Positions 1-15,045 of a stretch of DNA of 64,000 nt are shown one piece after another. Position 1 is the first letter of the stretch, and every line of letters begins with the position of its first letter. Origin of the DNA: Eledone cirrhosa (Eukaryota); assembly GCA_964016885.1 (NCBI GenBank), contig OZ024746.1:39494001-39558000 (forward strand), written 5' to 3'. A model generated the notes under the pieces. It had not been told where the DNA came from. It saw nothing but the letters and a program-made list of their open reading frames with translations, and made no database searches. The position numbers were made by a program, and so were the translations under genes.

Positions 1-262
<262 letters not shown>

Positions 263-494
263 TGATGTATAAAAGATAAATGCAGATACCTTGAAGAAGG
301 TGGAGTGGTACTGATTCTACTATGAAAGATAGAAACGAATGTTGTGGCTTTTAAGTAGACAAACCACTTTAAAAATAATTTATTCATCATCCTCAAATCA
401 CATCACACTGTCAAAAGAAGTACTTATAATGTGGCTTCAGCTTCCTTGTGCATACTGGAGAAGACGGCTCTGAGATTTTTCAACAATAACAACG

Positions 495-935
495 GATCAA
501 CAGCAATAATCTTTTCTGATTTAGGTACAAGGCCAACAGTTTTGCGGAGGGAAAAGCGATTAAATCGACCCTAGTGCGTTACTGGTACTTTATTTTATCG
601 ACCCTGTAAGGATGAAAGGCAAAGTTAACCATGGCGGGATTTGAAATCAGGATGTAACTTTATGCTGCAAAGCATGGTGTCCGACGCTCTACCGATACTG
701 TCAATCCACAACAATAATAGTTGCTTCTACTTTAGGCACAAGGACAGCAATTTAAAGGGGAGGGGAAAGTCGATTAAATCAACCGCAGTACATTACTGGT
801 GCTTTATTTTATCGACCTCGGCGGGAAATGAAATCAGAACGTAAAGGGCTGTAACTATATGCCGTGAAGCATGGTGTCCGATGCTCTACCGATGCTGCCA
901 ATCCACAACAACAACAACAACAACAACAATAACAA
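495..935 (-). mobile_element. Two tandem copies of tRNA-derived SINE family 1, with (CAA)n tails on the + strand
   Basis: Reverse complement of the 61872-62063 element (A box, B box, GCCTTTCATCCTTACGGGGTCGATAAAATAAAGTACC core). Confidence 0.85.
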
Positions 936-1782
936 TATTACTCATCAATTAATTTTCTCTTTGCAAATCAATACTTTCTGGTTTCTTAATCGATCTGACC
1001 TGTATGTATGGATTATGTGTTCACTAATAGGAGTTATTGATACGAGGATAAATAAGGTTGGTAAATGACAGCTAATCATAACAAAATTGTCAACTGATCC
1101 GATATTTGGAAATTAATGAAAGGTGGAAAAGGACATGGCGAATTTGCAGATTTTGTCTTTTTATGAGATCTGTAAATCAAAGTGTGTGGTTACCAGGTGT
1201 ACTAAAGATGTATGAGTTTCTATCTTTTCACAAACATTGCACTAATTCAGTCGATAAAAAAACTTACAGAAGCCCATTATCTGAAGTGGAGTGTGCTTTG
1301 CCAACTTGTATTATCTCGTTAAAGATGATGTTTATTTCTTTTATTTTTAAGTTGATTTGATATTAATCACTTATTCAAAAACATGTATAAATATTTCATT
1401 TCAACGATGAGAGCTTCTGATGGTAATAAATGAAATTTGAAATTTAAAAAAGTAATAAAAATCTCTTAACAGAAAGAAATTAATCTCTGATGTTGGAAAA
1501 TGTGTCTTTGTTTAAAACAAAGCGAATTGAAACATCACATGTACATAAATAACTTTACAATGGTTCACATACTAACAGAAAATATAAATAGCTAACTTCT
1601 GAATCTAGAAAAAAAGAAATTAAGGAGATCTGTTGTGAAATTAGTTCATGAGGGTTATTTGAATAAACTCTTTAAAAATCAGTAAAAAACAAAACTACTT
1701 CTGTCCTAAAAGATATACTATATACAACAAGAGCGAAATTCTAAATATACACTAATTCGAACAATTGAACATCATTCGATGA

Positions 1783-1955
1783 AATGGCAGTATCGGTAGA
1801 GGGTCGGACGCCATGCTTTGACGCATAGAGTTACGGCCCTTGCCATTCTGAGTTCAAATCCCGCCGAGGTTTCATCCTTACGGGGTCGATAACATAAAGT
1901 ACCAGTAATGTACTAGGTAATTGCTAGCCTTGTGCCAATAGTAGAAACAATTATT
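1783..1955 (+). mobile_element. SINE family 1 copy
   Basis: TGGCAGTATCGG A box, GAGTTCAAATCC B box, TTTCATCCTTACGGGGTCGATAA core. Confidence 0.85.
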
Positions 1956-3229
1956 TGCATATAATGATCCAGGATTTGCATGGCCGGTCGTTAGCTGGTC
2001 TTCGGATAGGGATAATACACCAGTGTTTAAAAGTGTATGACAGTATACGTCCATTTTGGTATATGATATCACAGGTGTGGTATTTGAGCTCTGAAAACCT
2101 TTTTGCGATTTCATTGTTCGCTATTGACTAGTAAGATGTAATAATCTTTGGTATGTTAGTATCATACATTAAGCTGGTTGTTATTTTGTTGTGGGATATG
2201 TCAACACGTTAGAGAAGAGCAATTATCAAATTCCCAAGTATTGTGAACAAAGATAGCAATTGCTATAAGGATTGTTATCTCGCCCCAAGTGGTCTTAACT
2301 GGGTGTATTATTAATAGATTACATACAGATAAGTAAAGACAATAGGACAGTGAACTATGAACCTTCTACAAGTTATAGCAATAATTGAGGTTAATAAACA
2401 TGACAGTTATGCTGTGGAAAATATCAACAGAATTATCAATTTTTACAATAACATGGTTGAGACATGCTAATCTGTTTGTTCGTATTGACCTAGGTGCACA
2501 AACACACACACACACATACACACACCCACACACACGCACACACACACACACATGCACATTTACGCAGGCATTCATATAATTCACACAAGCACACACGTAT
2601 TCATATAAATTCTAGTACATGCACAAACAATAGGAAAGTGAATGTTTTTACTTTGATCCGGATATAATCACAAGCTATGACGTTACGTGATATGCCATAA
2701 AGACGAGACGTTTGAATTTTAATACATAGAGTGAATTTATAACTGCCAACAGCTTAAGATATTAACTTTTTTTGTTGGGGACAGATTTCATCATTTCTTC
2801 AAGAGTCACAGTAACCGAGTCTCTGAAATGTCAAATAATTGTTCGTACACTGAACAAGAGAGGCAAAGTGATCAAGTAGTTGAAATAGTGAACTACAAGA
2901 ATTTGGTCATTGAGTTCAATCTCTTCGAAGCGGGTGGGGGGAGGGGTTTCTATGTTTCTTGGCTCTACGTTTTATACTGTAGTGTCTCGGTTTATCTATT
3001 TCAGGTATGAACAACAGATTTTTGAGAGGAAAGTTCGTGGATTTGTTGTCATCGACGCAGACCCTCACCAGTTTGCTTAGATTCTAGACCTTACTCTTTT
3101 CCAGGAAAGTTGCATACAGTCCCGTCACCTTTGGTTTAACCACCTTCAATCTGATATACACGTATCTTCATTAAAATCCCCTCCCCTTTGCAGTTGGACA
3201 ATCGCTCAGTAATGGAGTCACAAAATCAC

Positions 3230-3472
3230 ATTATGGCCTAGTGTCATGGGTGTGAGGTGACTGAGAGTACAAAATTTCCTCCTGGACAGGATGCCTTTTC
3301 ATCCGAGAATTAACCACCAGCCTCTCCTGTACTTGTTTTCAATTGAGTGAACTGGAGTAACGGGAAATGAAGTGTTTTGCTTAAGAACTCAACACACCAC
3401 CCGGTCCTGGGATAGAATCCACGATCTATTATCTTAAATCCAATGCCCTAACTAATAGGCCACGTGCCTTCA
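3230..3472 (-). mobile_element. Diverged SINE family 2 copy (tRNA head plus CORE-like domain)
   Basis: Aligns by eye with 19534-19786 (GAAATGAAGTGTTTTG.T.AAGAA block, B-box remnant). Confidence 0.65.
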
Positions 3473-3829
3473 CAGAGTACATAAATATATACATAAAAAT
3501 GGTCGAGTGCGTGCATTTGTGTGTAAGGTCGTGCCTGTAAATAACTGATAAATTCAGTTATATGCTCCTCGAAAAATTGTAAATGATCTTTCACGACAAT
3601 GTATCTGAAAACATACACCTCATCCTAATTTATAGCATAATATTTTTGTATCGAATGGTAGCATGTAGCAAGGTTTGTAATATTAACACTTTTATTATAG
3701 CAACAGAGCTGAGTAAAACTTTTAAAATTGTAAACCAATATTAATTAGTATGTGCTACATATTAAAATATATGACTTGAGCAGAGTTACTTGAAGAGAAT
3801 GGCGTACATATCATATTAACGGAAAGCGA

Positions 3830-4265
3830 TATGTTTCATTCAATTACTTGCAATTGCATCGAGAGGTTCTTTTGATACATATTTGTGACCTTATCTGAAA
3901 AAGTGAGGAAGTTCAAAGATAGCTTCTGGTTAATGTTCTGTCCAAAATGATTACTTTGATGCTGACCTCTTACACTCGCAATTATATGCATAGAATCAAT
4001 ACTTTTGGATGATATATTTTAATCTTGAAGGAGGAATTGGTGATCTTTATTTCTATGAAAACAGTAACATTATTACCACTTTACATCTAAGATATTCTAT
4101 TTTATGAAAGATTCAGTTTCGGAATTACTTCAGAAGAGATCACCCATTTAGAAAACACATAAGGCATAATGGATGGAATTACTTATGGAGACAACATTCT
4201 ATGAGATCTACAATGTGATCAATCTTTTGCTTCCATACAACATTATAACATTTTCTACATAGCAA
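3830..4265 (+). pseudogene. Possible highly decayed hAT (ZMYM1-like) transposase C-terminal remnant
   Basis: Short frameshifted peptides CNCIERFF, DYFDADLLHSQL, TSE..RS and MRSTM occur in the order expected for a hAT C-terminus; weak. Confidence 0.3.
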
Positions 4266-4349
4266 TTCGGTAAACACAGTCATTTTCTTTTAGCAGAATT
4301 CGATAAAATTCAGTTATAAGTATGCATAATGTTATTATTGTTATTATTA

Positions 4350-4495
4350 TTCCCGCCGAGGTTTGCTTTGCCTTTCATCCTTATGGGATCGATAAAATAA
4401 AGTATCAGTAACGAACTGGGGTCGATTTAATCGACTTTCCCCTCACCCTTCAAATTGCTGGCCTTGTGATTAAAGTAGAAGCAATTATTATTATT
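4350..4495 (+). mobile_element. 5'-truncated SINE family 1 copy
   Basis: CCCGCCGAGG..GCCTTTCATCC..GATAAAATAAAGTA..GCTGGCCTTGTG, (TTA)n tail. Confidence 0.8.
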
Positions 4496-5678
4496 TTTGA
4501 ATAGGAGTTTGAAGATGTATAAGAATAAAGAATTGAACCAAAGTTTGTTATCAAAATTGTATCGTAATGAACGAGTTGGTCTGGAAAATTATTGGCAAAA
4601 CTATCGTTACATCTATTTCTGATTGAGTGTGAGATATGTGGGCTAGGTATCAATGTAAAATTGGTAGTGCCACCACCATTACTTCAGCTGCTATTTCCCA
4701 AATATATCAACTGTTATGTTATTACTATATGACAGTAATTTCAGTTCATTTCTCTATCTTGAATCCCGGCTGAAGCCGATTTACCATGTTTTTACTTTAG
4801 AATATATATAAATAATACCAAAGGATCGCAGAGATATCCTTAATAAAATAGAAAGAAAAAAGAACCAATCAAAATTAAGATGTTGAAATAACTGCTCCCA
4901 GCAAGAAATATGTGTCTATATACATACACACATTCATAAATGAGTGTATTGGTGCGTATATGTATGTTTGTTTTTCCTCGTTTGTAGAACGACTATAATA
5001 CATATAACATCCCTTATTTGACGCTCAAGAGATAATAGGTTACAAATGTAAAACGCTTTGAGAAAACACCCTTTCAACCAAAGTCATTATAATGTCGTGC
5101 TTAAATGACATTGTATGGTTAGTAAGTTTGTGTGTTTATTTAGAATCAATGAAAAGGTTCAGTTGACTGAAATTTTACCTCAATTGATAGCGACAAGTAT
5201 TATCATCAAATAAATTAAAATTGTACAACAGTCTATATTTCTGTCCGACTTTATTCCCAATAGTGTGGTAATTGAGAGGCGAGAAATTTTTATTTTTAAA
5301 TTTATTTTTCTCATTTGTAAGCAGATATTCAATAATGTTTTAAAAGATAGAAAACAAAACAGCATTTAAGAATTAAAAACATACCAATTGTAATTACTTC
5401 AAGTGTTGTATTTGAAGGAGAGAGAGAAAACCACTTACTCTCATTTCTGAATGGCTTCAAATAGAGTGAGATGTTGAATTAACTTTATATGAATAGACTC
5501 AAGTATGTAACTAATCCTCATGTGTTTCAGGACTAACAATCTTTATCAAATCGGATGACAGTTATAGAGATTACTTATATGTTTATGAGGAGTTATATAC
5601 TTTTAAAGTACCTTCTAAGAGTAAAAGTTTTTTTTATTAGAATTTTACCAGTTATGAACTGGGATAGGTTCAGTCAAT

Positions 5679-5792
<114 letters not shown>

Positions 5793-6059
5793 TCCCTTAT
5801 TATAAGACCTACTAAAATAAAAAACCCTAGGATAGTTTTTATGTTGCTGTCCAATACAAAGCCTAGCCCCAAAATAAGCCCTATCCCATTTTTCGGGAAA
5901 AATTAATATAAAAGATAATATAAAACGCATTACTTGCTGATTACTAAAATAATATATTCTTTTAATGATATTGTTTTTAACTTTATAATATATATGTATA
6001 TATATATCAACTAGAAATAGATTGACATATATATAAAATAAATATATGGAACAATCACG

Positions 6060-6090
<31 letters not shown>

Positions 6091-6092
<2 letters not shown>

Positions 6093-6247
6093 CGAAGGAA
6101 ATGTGGTAAGGAACCAGGTGGACCATAACGCACCAAAGTACTCAATACTTAGGGTAGTAGAGTGGGTAATAGCCGTTTCGACGGGTAATTCTGGACAGAA
6201 TTAGCCGTCGAAACGGCTTGAGCTCAGCCGTCGGGGTCTTACTTGTT

Positions 6248-6250
<3 letters not shown>
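6091..6250. mobile_element. Short (TA)n-embedded repeat family A with fold-back carrying the 3' half of a hammerhead
   Basis: Related copies at 14559-14759, 20884-21080, 50933-51075, 62666-62860; hairpin 6171-6218 followed by GAAACGGCT..AGCCGTC. Confidence 0.75.
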
Positions 6251-6310
<60 letters not shown>

Positions 6311-6450
6311 AGTGTAATTTACTACACAAAACGAAGGTTATAGAGAAAATTGAGGTTGGTAATGGCACATGGAATATATAAGAGACAGAATACTTTTTTG
6401 TGAAAAAACATATAATTTTATAAGGTAAGGAAATAATAAAGGGTATAAAA

Positions 6451-6495
6451 AATGACCGGTTTCGATGGGTCTGCAAAAGCCATCTTTTCAAATGT
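6451..6495 (-). ncRNA. Decayed type I hammerhead motif
   Basis: UUGAAAA-GAUGG..CCAUC-GAAAC-CG-GUC; stem II and palindromic stem III intact, core mutated, stem I weak. Confidence 0.4.
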
Positions 6496-6551
6496 TGATT
6501 AATATTAAGAAAAATTAATAATAAGAAGAGTTAAAATTTGAGATTTGAAAA

Positions 6552-6595
<44 letters not shown>

Positions 6596-7230
6596 TATAT
6601 ATATATGTGTTTGTGTGTAGTGTTAGTGGGGAAAACTTCAATAAACTGAGACTATTCTCGTAATTTCCTGACCGAAACTCCCTTTCAGAGAATGTTTTCA
6701 GACCGTGAGAAGCAAGCAAGTGAGAGAAGTCCTATGGCCTGAGCAAATATTTTGAAACATATTCAAACAACGTATTGGGAGTGGGCCATGTATTTAGTGT
6801 ATTTAGGCCAGCTTAATGAAAGCAACTGAGATATTTCCCTCTAATTAGATGACCCGAATGAAACATATTCATATACCAGGTTGGCTAAACTAGAATACAG
6901 TTAAATATATACGAGAAAGAAAAAGGAATTAAATGTTAATTATGTTTGTTAACAAAAAGTAAAGGCGAAAACGGCCAGGCGAGCGCTCCACAAAAAGTAC
7001 ATAGAGACATGTAGAATCATATATTCTGAATATGTTGATTGGTAAAGAATCAACTGAGACTAGCTCCACAATTTGAAGGCCCTCTAGCATTTTCAACTCT
7101 ACTCTTCACATGCTTGCACACATACATATAGATACACACACACACACATACGCACACACACACGCACACACATACATATAATATATGTTATATATTAAGA
7201 AAGAAGAGGGACGGTTTTACATATTCAGCT

Positions 7231-7272
<42 letters not shown>

Positions 7273-7390
7273 AAAGAAATCTGGCTGATCAGTGCATCTG
7301 CTAATATGCAAATCAGGAAGAACAGTCACTGCGTAAATTTGAAAATAGCATATATTTTCACTAGCTCTGACAGTTTGGCAGGTGAACAGT

Positions 7391-7440
7391 GAGCTGTACT
7401 GATGAAGGGTGATACCCAGAAACATTAGTGTCTGCAGTTC
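7391..7440 (+). ncRNA. Type I hammerhead ribozyme motif
   Basis: GAGCUGUA-CUGAUGA-AGGGUgauACCCA-GAAACAuuagUGUC-UGCAGUUC: 8-bp stem I, 4-bp stem II, 3-bp stem III, GUC site. Confidence 0.85.
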
Positions 7441-7567
7441 TGTTCGCATGCCAACACAAGAGCAAGAATGAAGTGTTCATTCTACTGACATGGCTATAAA
7501 ATTGAGGCTTGTTTGCAAAATTGCAAACGAATCGAATGTTATTATTAATATTCGAAAAACTCAGATT

Positions 7568-7605
<38 letters not shown>

Positions 7606-7665
7606 CTGTAAAACATTTTTTCCGATTCGGCCCAGCCCGTTCAACCTTTATCATTTTTTATTCTT

Positions 7666-7701
7666 TCTTCTGATGAAGGACTGGCGCCCGAAACGTTAAG
7701 A
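7666..7701 (+). ncRNA. Minimal type I hammerhead motif (degenerate stem II)
   Basis: UCUU-CUGAUGA-AGG..CCC-GAAAC-GUU-AAGA; loopless palindromic ACGU stem III. Confidence 0.55.
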
Positions 7702-7805
7702 CCCTCTTCTTGCTATTTCAAGCGTTAACCTAATATATTTCTTCCAGAAGTATATGGAAGGAACATATTAGGTGCCGATTGTCTTGTTATTTCTGTTTAC
7801 CTTTT

Positions 7806-7943
<138 letters not shown>

Positions 7944-8336
7944 CTACTCTATAAGTTTATTTAGCCTTGTAAAAGAATAATCAATATTATTTCTGTTTTA
8001 AGCACTGTGTAATTGTAATATTTTATATGTTTTCTGCTGAGAACTGATTATGTGACACAAATTGTGTACTTAAGGAAGTTATCAGAATTTATTTGAAGAC
8101 AGACACAATTATTAAGTTGTTTTGAGAATTATAGTCTGATAAATATAGTTTGGTCGGTATTGATTACATATAGAAAATGAAATATAATATTTTTTTCTAT
8201 TTTTACCACGTCTAATCCATCGAATATTTTATAACTATTTTATGAAATTGTATATAACTCGCATTTGTTGTGTCTAGCCATATTGCAATTTTTGGTGGTC
8301 TTATCTACGCCAATCACCAATCTGGTACTTTTCTTA

Positions 8337-8790
8337 ATTCGGTATTCGTGCCAACTCTTACCTTTGGCCATGAATCTTGGGTAATGACCGAAAGAATATG
8401 ATCGCGAATACAAGCGGCCGAAATGGGGTTCCTCCGAAGGGTCTTTGGAGTACTCGATAGAGTGCGTAGCTCGGAGATCAGAGAATCACTCCAGGTAGAG
8501 TCGCTAGCTTTCCGAATTGAGAGATCACAGCTCCAATACTATGGGTATGTGGTTAAAATGTCTCGGTAAAGAATCGCTGGACAGATTTTACGGGCAAAAC
8601 CAGCCGGAAAGAGCCCCAGGTGTAGATGCCGAGCATGATGGTTGGATAACATCCATGAGCCTGACTGCTTTCGCTTGGGGACCCAGCCGGATCATTTGGA
8701 GACAGTTGCTTTTGATAGGACCCACTGGTGGGAGTGTTTGAAGGCTCATCATCCACAATCCTCTCAAAAATAAGTAGGTGAAGAAGATAG
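8337..8790 (+). mobile_element. RTE-clade LINE 3' fragment
   Basis: Translates as VFVPTLTFGHESWVMTERI.SRIQAAEMGFLRRV..RVRSSEIRESLQVE..IERSQL; copies at 30052 and 53160. Confidence 0.85.
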
Positions 8791-10627
8791 AAGTGTACAG
8801 CTCGTTCTGAATTAAATGAAAATATTTAATTCTTGCTACAATTGATTTATGGAAGTCACACAGTAAATATCCCTCACATATTATTCACATTTATATAAAA
8901 TATATAGAAGAAAGATATAGGAAAAAGATATATAAATGTTCTATATATCATCTACATATTCACACTCAGCTACCTTGCTTCTTTTTAAATTACAAACGTA
9001 TGTAGTGTTTGAGTAGGAACATACTGATTGTATATTACTCTAGATGATGAGTTAGTAAACTGTACTTGTTCGTTTCGAATGTCACCTTGACTGACATAAA
9101 CTTTATTCCCGTGTCATTGGTAAAATAAATACCAGTATTTAGTGAGATACATGGTTTAAGAGGAGGAGAGAACATTTTAGATTACAGATTTATGCAGCAT
9201 CTGATTTCATGCAATAGCTGGTGGGTATCTGGCAGCTTCCAGTTTGAAGTCTGCAAGCAATAATGGGATTATTTTTTAACATAATCTGAGCAAAGCATGA
9301 ACACTACACAATCCAATTCTTCTACTATAAATGTGTGGAATAATAGTTAAGTAAAATTCATTATGTTTACAGCTTCTGCTTGAATATTTAACGAATCTCG
9401 TAATACTTTGTATCACATGGGTATTACTTAAGACTTAGCCTTTATTTTGTTTTTAAAGAACTTAATCAGAAGAGAAATGATACAGTCTATTAGCCTATTC
9501 ATATACTTCGTGATGAGAGAGAGGAAGGGTGGAAGTAAATATCAGACCTGAAATCTGGCCTGAATGTTTGCAATATGTTGTTCACCGCTAAATGTACCAG
9601 GTATTGGTTTTAAACCTAGCAACGAATTAAATTTGGTACCCAAGAACAGGTACGAAAATAACGATTTGGGGTTATAGAAGCAGCGGCTTCGTCTGTAATA
9701 ACACATTGATGTTTTTCTTTTTTTTATATATATATATTTCCCCCCTTTTCTTCCTTCTATCTTGATAAAAGCTAAACTGTCCGAAACGCCAATCTTTCTT
9801 TTTCTTTATAATGTATCACATAATCTTTTACTCCCGTTCATCATTATTTAGAAATGTATCTTTTTATAGTTTTTATTTTCTTTCTACCTGGTTTTGCTAG
9901 GAATGTATCTTTTGGATATATACCAAAAGTTTTAGCCATTAGCCAAACTACTGCCATCTGATGCTCTTTTTATTAATTATTTTAAAAAATATACTTTTTC
10001 ATCTTACCATATTGTACGTATCTATCTAATTTCTTTACAGGGTTTTTGCGATATATAATCCCTCACGAATAAATATCAATAGAGATGTTAAAATGATTAT
10101 TTCTCACGTAAATAACAAATTGTGATTCTACTCTGTAAGAGAAGAAAACGGGATTTATCGTCAATGACAGCACTGAAACAAATCCACCAGTATACCTTTA
10201 CATTTAACAAGTAAGAAATCAAGCCAATAAAGGAGCCTTCACATAGTTACTAGGCTTACTAGAAATGATAGTCAAATCACACTCAGCTAACACCTTGCAG
10301 TTTCAGAAAGGACTCACTTACTGTTGCAATCTGCTATACCTTCTAAAAGAGCTTAATTAAATATTTTAGGGCTGGCCAGAGGTTAAATAATATCAATAAA
10401 AAATAATAAAAATAAAGAAGTTGTGATGCACTATAGGCGTCTTCAATGAAGGGAGATTACTCACTTATTTTTATAAGAACTGGGATAAAGTCCAACTGTA
10501 TGAACTGCCATGACTTGGAAAATGTTTTAAAAAATTGAAACGAAAACTGCGCAACTGGAGATTTGCCAAGAAACTGCTCGTATAATAAGAAGAAGAGGGA
10601 GAGGGGGGGGGGGGAAGAGAGAGTGGG

Positions 10628-10684
10628 GAAGAAGAAGAAGAAGAAGAAGAAGAAGAAGAAGAAGAAGAAGAAGAAGAAGAAGAA
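10628..10684. repeat. (GAA)n microsatellite
   Basis: Direct reading. Confidence 0.95.
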
Positions 10685-10937
10685 AGTCGGTAAAGTGTAG
10701 TAGCTAATATAAATTCTTCATAAATATAGTGAAAGTAATATCGAAAGTAAAAATTTTGGAAATTTTGTGAGTTTATTACATTAGAAAGAGAGGAAAGGTA
10801 GTATTTATCCATTAATAGGTTGACTGAAGTGTTTTTATATATTTATAAAATTCTCTGGAAATACCATATAATTTCTTCTTCTTCTTCTTCTTCTTGTGGT
10901 CTACCTGTTCTCAGCACTGCAGACAAACACACACACA

Positions 10938-11638
<701 letters not shown>

Positions 11639-11800
11639 ATATATATATATATATATATATTAAAGAGTTAAACAAGATTCAATGAGTAGATCAAAGAATG
11701 GGTTTTACAGTAGATTGTAAGCACTCTACGGCAGATATTTTCCAGAGTTATTAATATTAATTCAAATATTAACAAAATAGATATTCTTGTGATCAATTAA

Positions 11801-11865
11801 ATTTTATTATACATATTTCAGAGGTACTGAATAAATTTCAACAGTACGTCCTCATCAGATAAAAT
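11801..11865 (-). ncRNA. Type I hammerhead motif, family with copies near 14.1, 14.3 and 60.2 kb
   Basis: AUUUUAU-CUGAUGA-GGAcGUACUG..CAGUACcUCU-GAAAUAUGUAUA-AUAAAAU. Confidence 0.75.
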
Positions 11866-12821
11866 AAAATGATACATGACATACCCTGACATGTTAGATA
11901 GTTAAGATTTAATCAAGGTAGTGATTAACCTATGAGAAAACTCAATATATTATATTAAGTAAGTGATTATATAAGTTCGACCTTCTAGAGAAAACCGAAC
12001 TATAATTTATTATTAGTTCATATATTATATGAAGTAAATGATTATATAAGTTCGACATTATCTATATAAGTGTAACTATGATTATGTTATTATCCTAGAT
12101 ACAAATATGTGTATAAAACTATATATAGATGTACTAGGTATTAATGAAATGGTAAACATTTAATAAAAATCGTAATTATAATCATTGTTATTAGTTTTAT
12201 ACAAATGTAACTATGATTATGTTATTATACAATATAAATATATTTGTACAAACTATATATAGAGATATACTAAGTATTAATGAAACGGTATACATTTAAT
12301 AAAGGATACCGATTATAATCTTTGTTAGTAGTTTCATATATGTGTAAGTATGATTATGTTATTACACTAGATAAAGATATTTGCACAAACTATACATTGA
12401 TATAATAGATATTAATGAGACGGTATATATCCAATAAAAAATAGCGATTACAAACACTGTTAGTAGTTCTACCTCCAGTTCAGTGGAGAGATATTTGTCC
12501 GCTGATATAGTTTGTTAAATATATAGTTTAGATATCTAACCTGTAAATTTTACTGACTTTAATTTGAACTCTGGATCATTCATGCGTTTACATTTATATA
12601 TATATGTATATATTTTTTATATATATATTTTACTCATTTTGAGATGGTTTTTGAGGACTCAGAAAGTTGGGTTTGCGCTTTGCTTTTTATGTATATTTAA
12701 CAAACTATATTAGCAGATGCATCACTGATTCATCATTTTCCATATTATTATACTCCGAGGGGGCATAGAGTGCTCAACCGGCATACCGCCTATGGACGCA
12801 TCCAAGCAACCTTACTACAAT

Positions 12822-12891
<70 letters not shown>

Positions 12892-13004
12892 TATCAGTTC
12901 CTCAGAGGAATAACAACACAACCAGGAGCTGGACATATCGATGTATTGACGGAGTAAAACACACTTCAACAACATGTGTACCTGTCTTTCCCACACCAAT
13001 TCGG

Positions 13005-13054
13005 ACTGCCTGAAGAGGTCACAGCCAAAATGATGTCGAAATATATATAGCAGT
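13005..13054 (+). ncRNA. Type I hammerhead motif (stem II imperfect)
   Basis: ACUGC-CUGAAGA-GGUCA..UGAUGUC-GAAAUAUAUAUA-GCAGU; palindromic AU stem III. Confidence 0.65.
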
Positions 13055-13430
13055 ATATCTATAATTTATAATAAACGAAGCCAAATTTTACATATTTGAC
13101 TTAATTATTTTACATTACTCCAGAGTAAACAAACCAACCTGCGTACTTCGTCGACTGCTCCAATCTGCATACCGAGGTGTCGGTAAACAACCAACATATA
13201 CTAAAAAAATATATGTATATATATATAGATGTAGATATCCACCGTGTACCCCCAGTGGATCGAACCTGGTACTGCCCAGCATAGCTATTGAAGTCGCCAG
13301 CCAAGATGAGGTCTCTTGTTCAGTAACTGAGGCTATCTGTAAAAAAGTTCCTCTTTGAAACTGTCCTTGCTTGTGAGGGATAGGTTGAGGTAATTGCCTA
13401 CAACTATTCTAGGCTTGATATATATATATA

Positions 13431-13540
13431 TATAATAACTAGAAATTGATTAACATATAAATAAACATGAATAATCACAGGATTAATCTCCTGTGATTAT
13501 TCATGTTTATTTATATGTTAATCAATTTCTAGTTATTATA
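13431..13540. repeat. Perfect inverted repeat abutting (TA)n (52-bp arms, 6-nt spacer)
   Basis: ..AATAATCACAGGA-ttaatc-TCCTGTGATTATT.. Confidence 0.9.
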
Positions 13541-13641
13541 AAATGCTCGGACCTATTCGTTAGAATCTTAGAGCTTATTTTGCGGGTGATATGGCGCATG
13601 TCTTTCTGGCATGACACCCATAATTTTGATTATCTTAATTT

Positions 13642-13676
<35 letters not shown>

Positions 13677-13782
13677 TTAGTTATACTATTTATGGTTATG
13701 TAAACACAAAACCTTAAGCAGTTGTAATGGTATGTCTCTCGGCTGAAAAGGAGGTCATATAACTGTCCATGCATTAATAAAT

Positions 13783-13829
13783 TGCTCCGAAGAATCCAAA
13801 CCTCGGTTTGGAGGAAACAGCTGTAAGCA
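13783..13829 (+). ncRNA. Type I hammerhead motif with variant CCGAAGA core
   Basis: UGCU-CCGAAGA-aUCCAAACcucgGUUUGGAg-GAAACAGCUGUA-AGCA. Confidence 0.7.
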
Positions 13830-13863
13830 CAATAATGTTTTGAACAGTTCTTTGATTCTTATA

Positions 13864-13944
<81 letters not shown>

Positions 13945-13949
<5 letters not shown>

Positions 13950-14367
13950 GTGTTAAACGATATTCAATGATTATGTCAAAGAATGAGTTTTACAGTAGAT
14001 TGGAAGCACTCTACGAAAAATTTATATTTATATAATAATTTTCAGGAGTTATTAATATTAAAATATAAATATTAATAAAATAGATGTTCTTTTGATCAAT
14101 TACATTTTATTATACATATTTCGGATGTAAAACAGTACGTCCTCATCAGACAAAATATAATGATACATGACATACCCTGAGATGTTAAATGGTTAAGATT
14201 TAATCAAGATTTAATCAAGGTAGTACTACCTTGATTAACCATTTCACATCTCAGGGTATGTCATATTTTGTCTGATGAGAACGTACTGTTGTACATCCGA
14301 AATATGTATAATAAAATGTAATTGATCAAAAGAACATCTATTTTATTAATATTTATATTTTAATATA
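13945..14367. mobile_element. (TA)n-flanked PLE-like element with inverted arms (about 14054-14367) and two HHRs (14104-14156 on -, 14265-14317 on +)
   Basis: Centre GGTAGT|ACTACC at 14224/14225; homologous to the element starting near 11660. Confidence 0.8.
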
Positions 14368-14512
14368 TATATATATATACATGCGTATGTGTGTGTGTGT
14401 GTGTGTGTGTGTGCGCGTGGTGATGTGTATATATGTATATTATTATTAACACTCTGCTTCTTAAGGATACCGACTACAGTGAAATACCAAACGTAGTAGA
14501 CCACATCAGCCG

Positions 14513-14558
<46 letters not shown>

Positions 14559-14560
<2 letters not shown>

Positions 14561-14756
14561 CGAAGGAAATGTGGTAAGGAACCAGGTAGACCATAACGCA
14601 CCAAAGTACTCAATACTTGAGGTAGTAGAGTATGTAATAGGAACCAGTAAGACCCCGACAGCTGAGCTCAAGCCGTTTCGACGGCTAATTCTGGACTGCG
14701 TCCAGAATTAGCCGTCGAAACGGCTTGAGCTCAGCTGTCGGGGTCTTACTGGTTCC

Positions 14757-14759
<3 letters not shown>
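14559..14759. mobile_element. Family A copy with perfect palindrome 14637-14759
   Basis: 60-bp arms, TGC spacer, flanked by (TA)n on both sides. Confidence 0.85.
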
Positions 14760-14791
<32 letters not shown>

Positions 14792-14861
14792 ATATATATA
14801 TATATTCATAGAAATTTGGGACTTGTCTCCTTCTTCCTCACTTTCTGTTGCTTCACCATTT

Positions 14862-15045
14862 TAATAATAATAATAATAATGAAATTATTGTGTACAGTGC
14901 TCAGGTGCACTACAACTCATCAAAGGTGCATGTATAGTACATAGAATAATGTACAAATGTCAGGAAAATAAACAGTGTATGAGTCATGATATAATAACAA
15001 TAACAATAATGAAATATTGTGTACAGTGCCCAGGTGCACAACTTG
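14862..15045 (-). mobile_element. CR1-like LINE 3' tail fragments with (ATT)n tail
   Basis: Reverse complement matches the 3' UTR at about 57830-57930. Confidence 0.7.

Noticed and set aside
285-345. TTGAAGA..GAAA hammerhead-like spacing
   Set aside because: Stems I and III cannot be formed convincingly.
960-2360. Possible N-terminal part of a decayed hAT transposase
   Set aside because: Only vague motif echoes; not supportable without a profile search.
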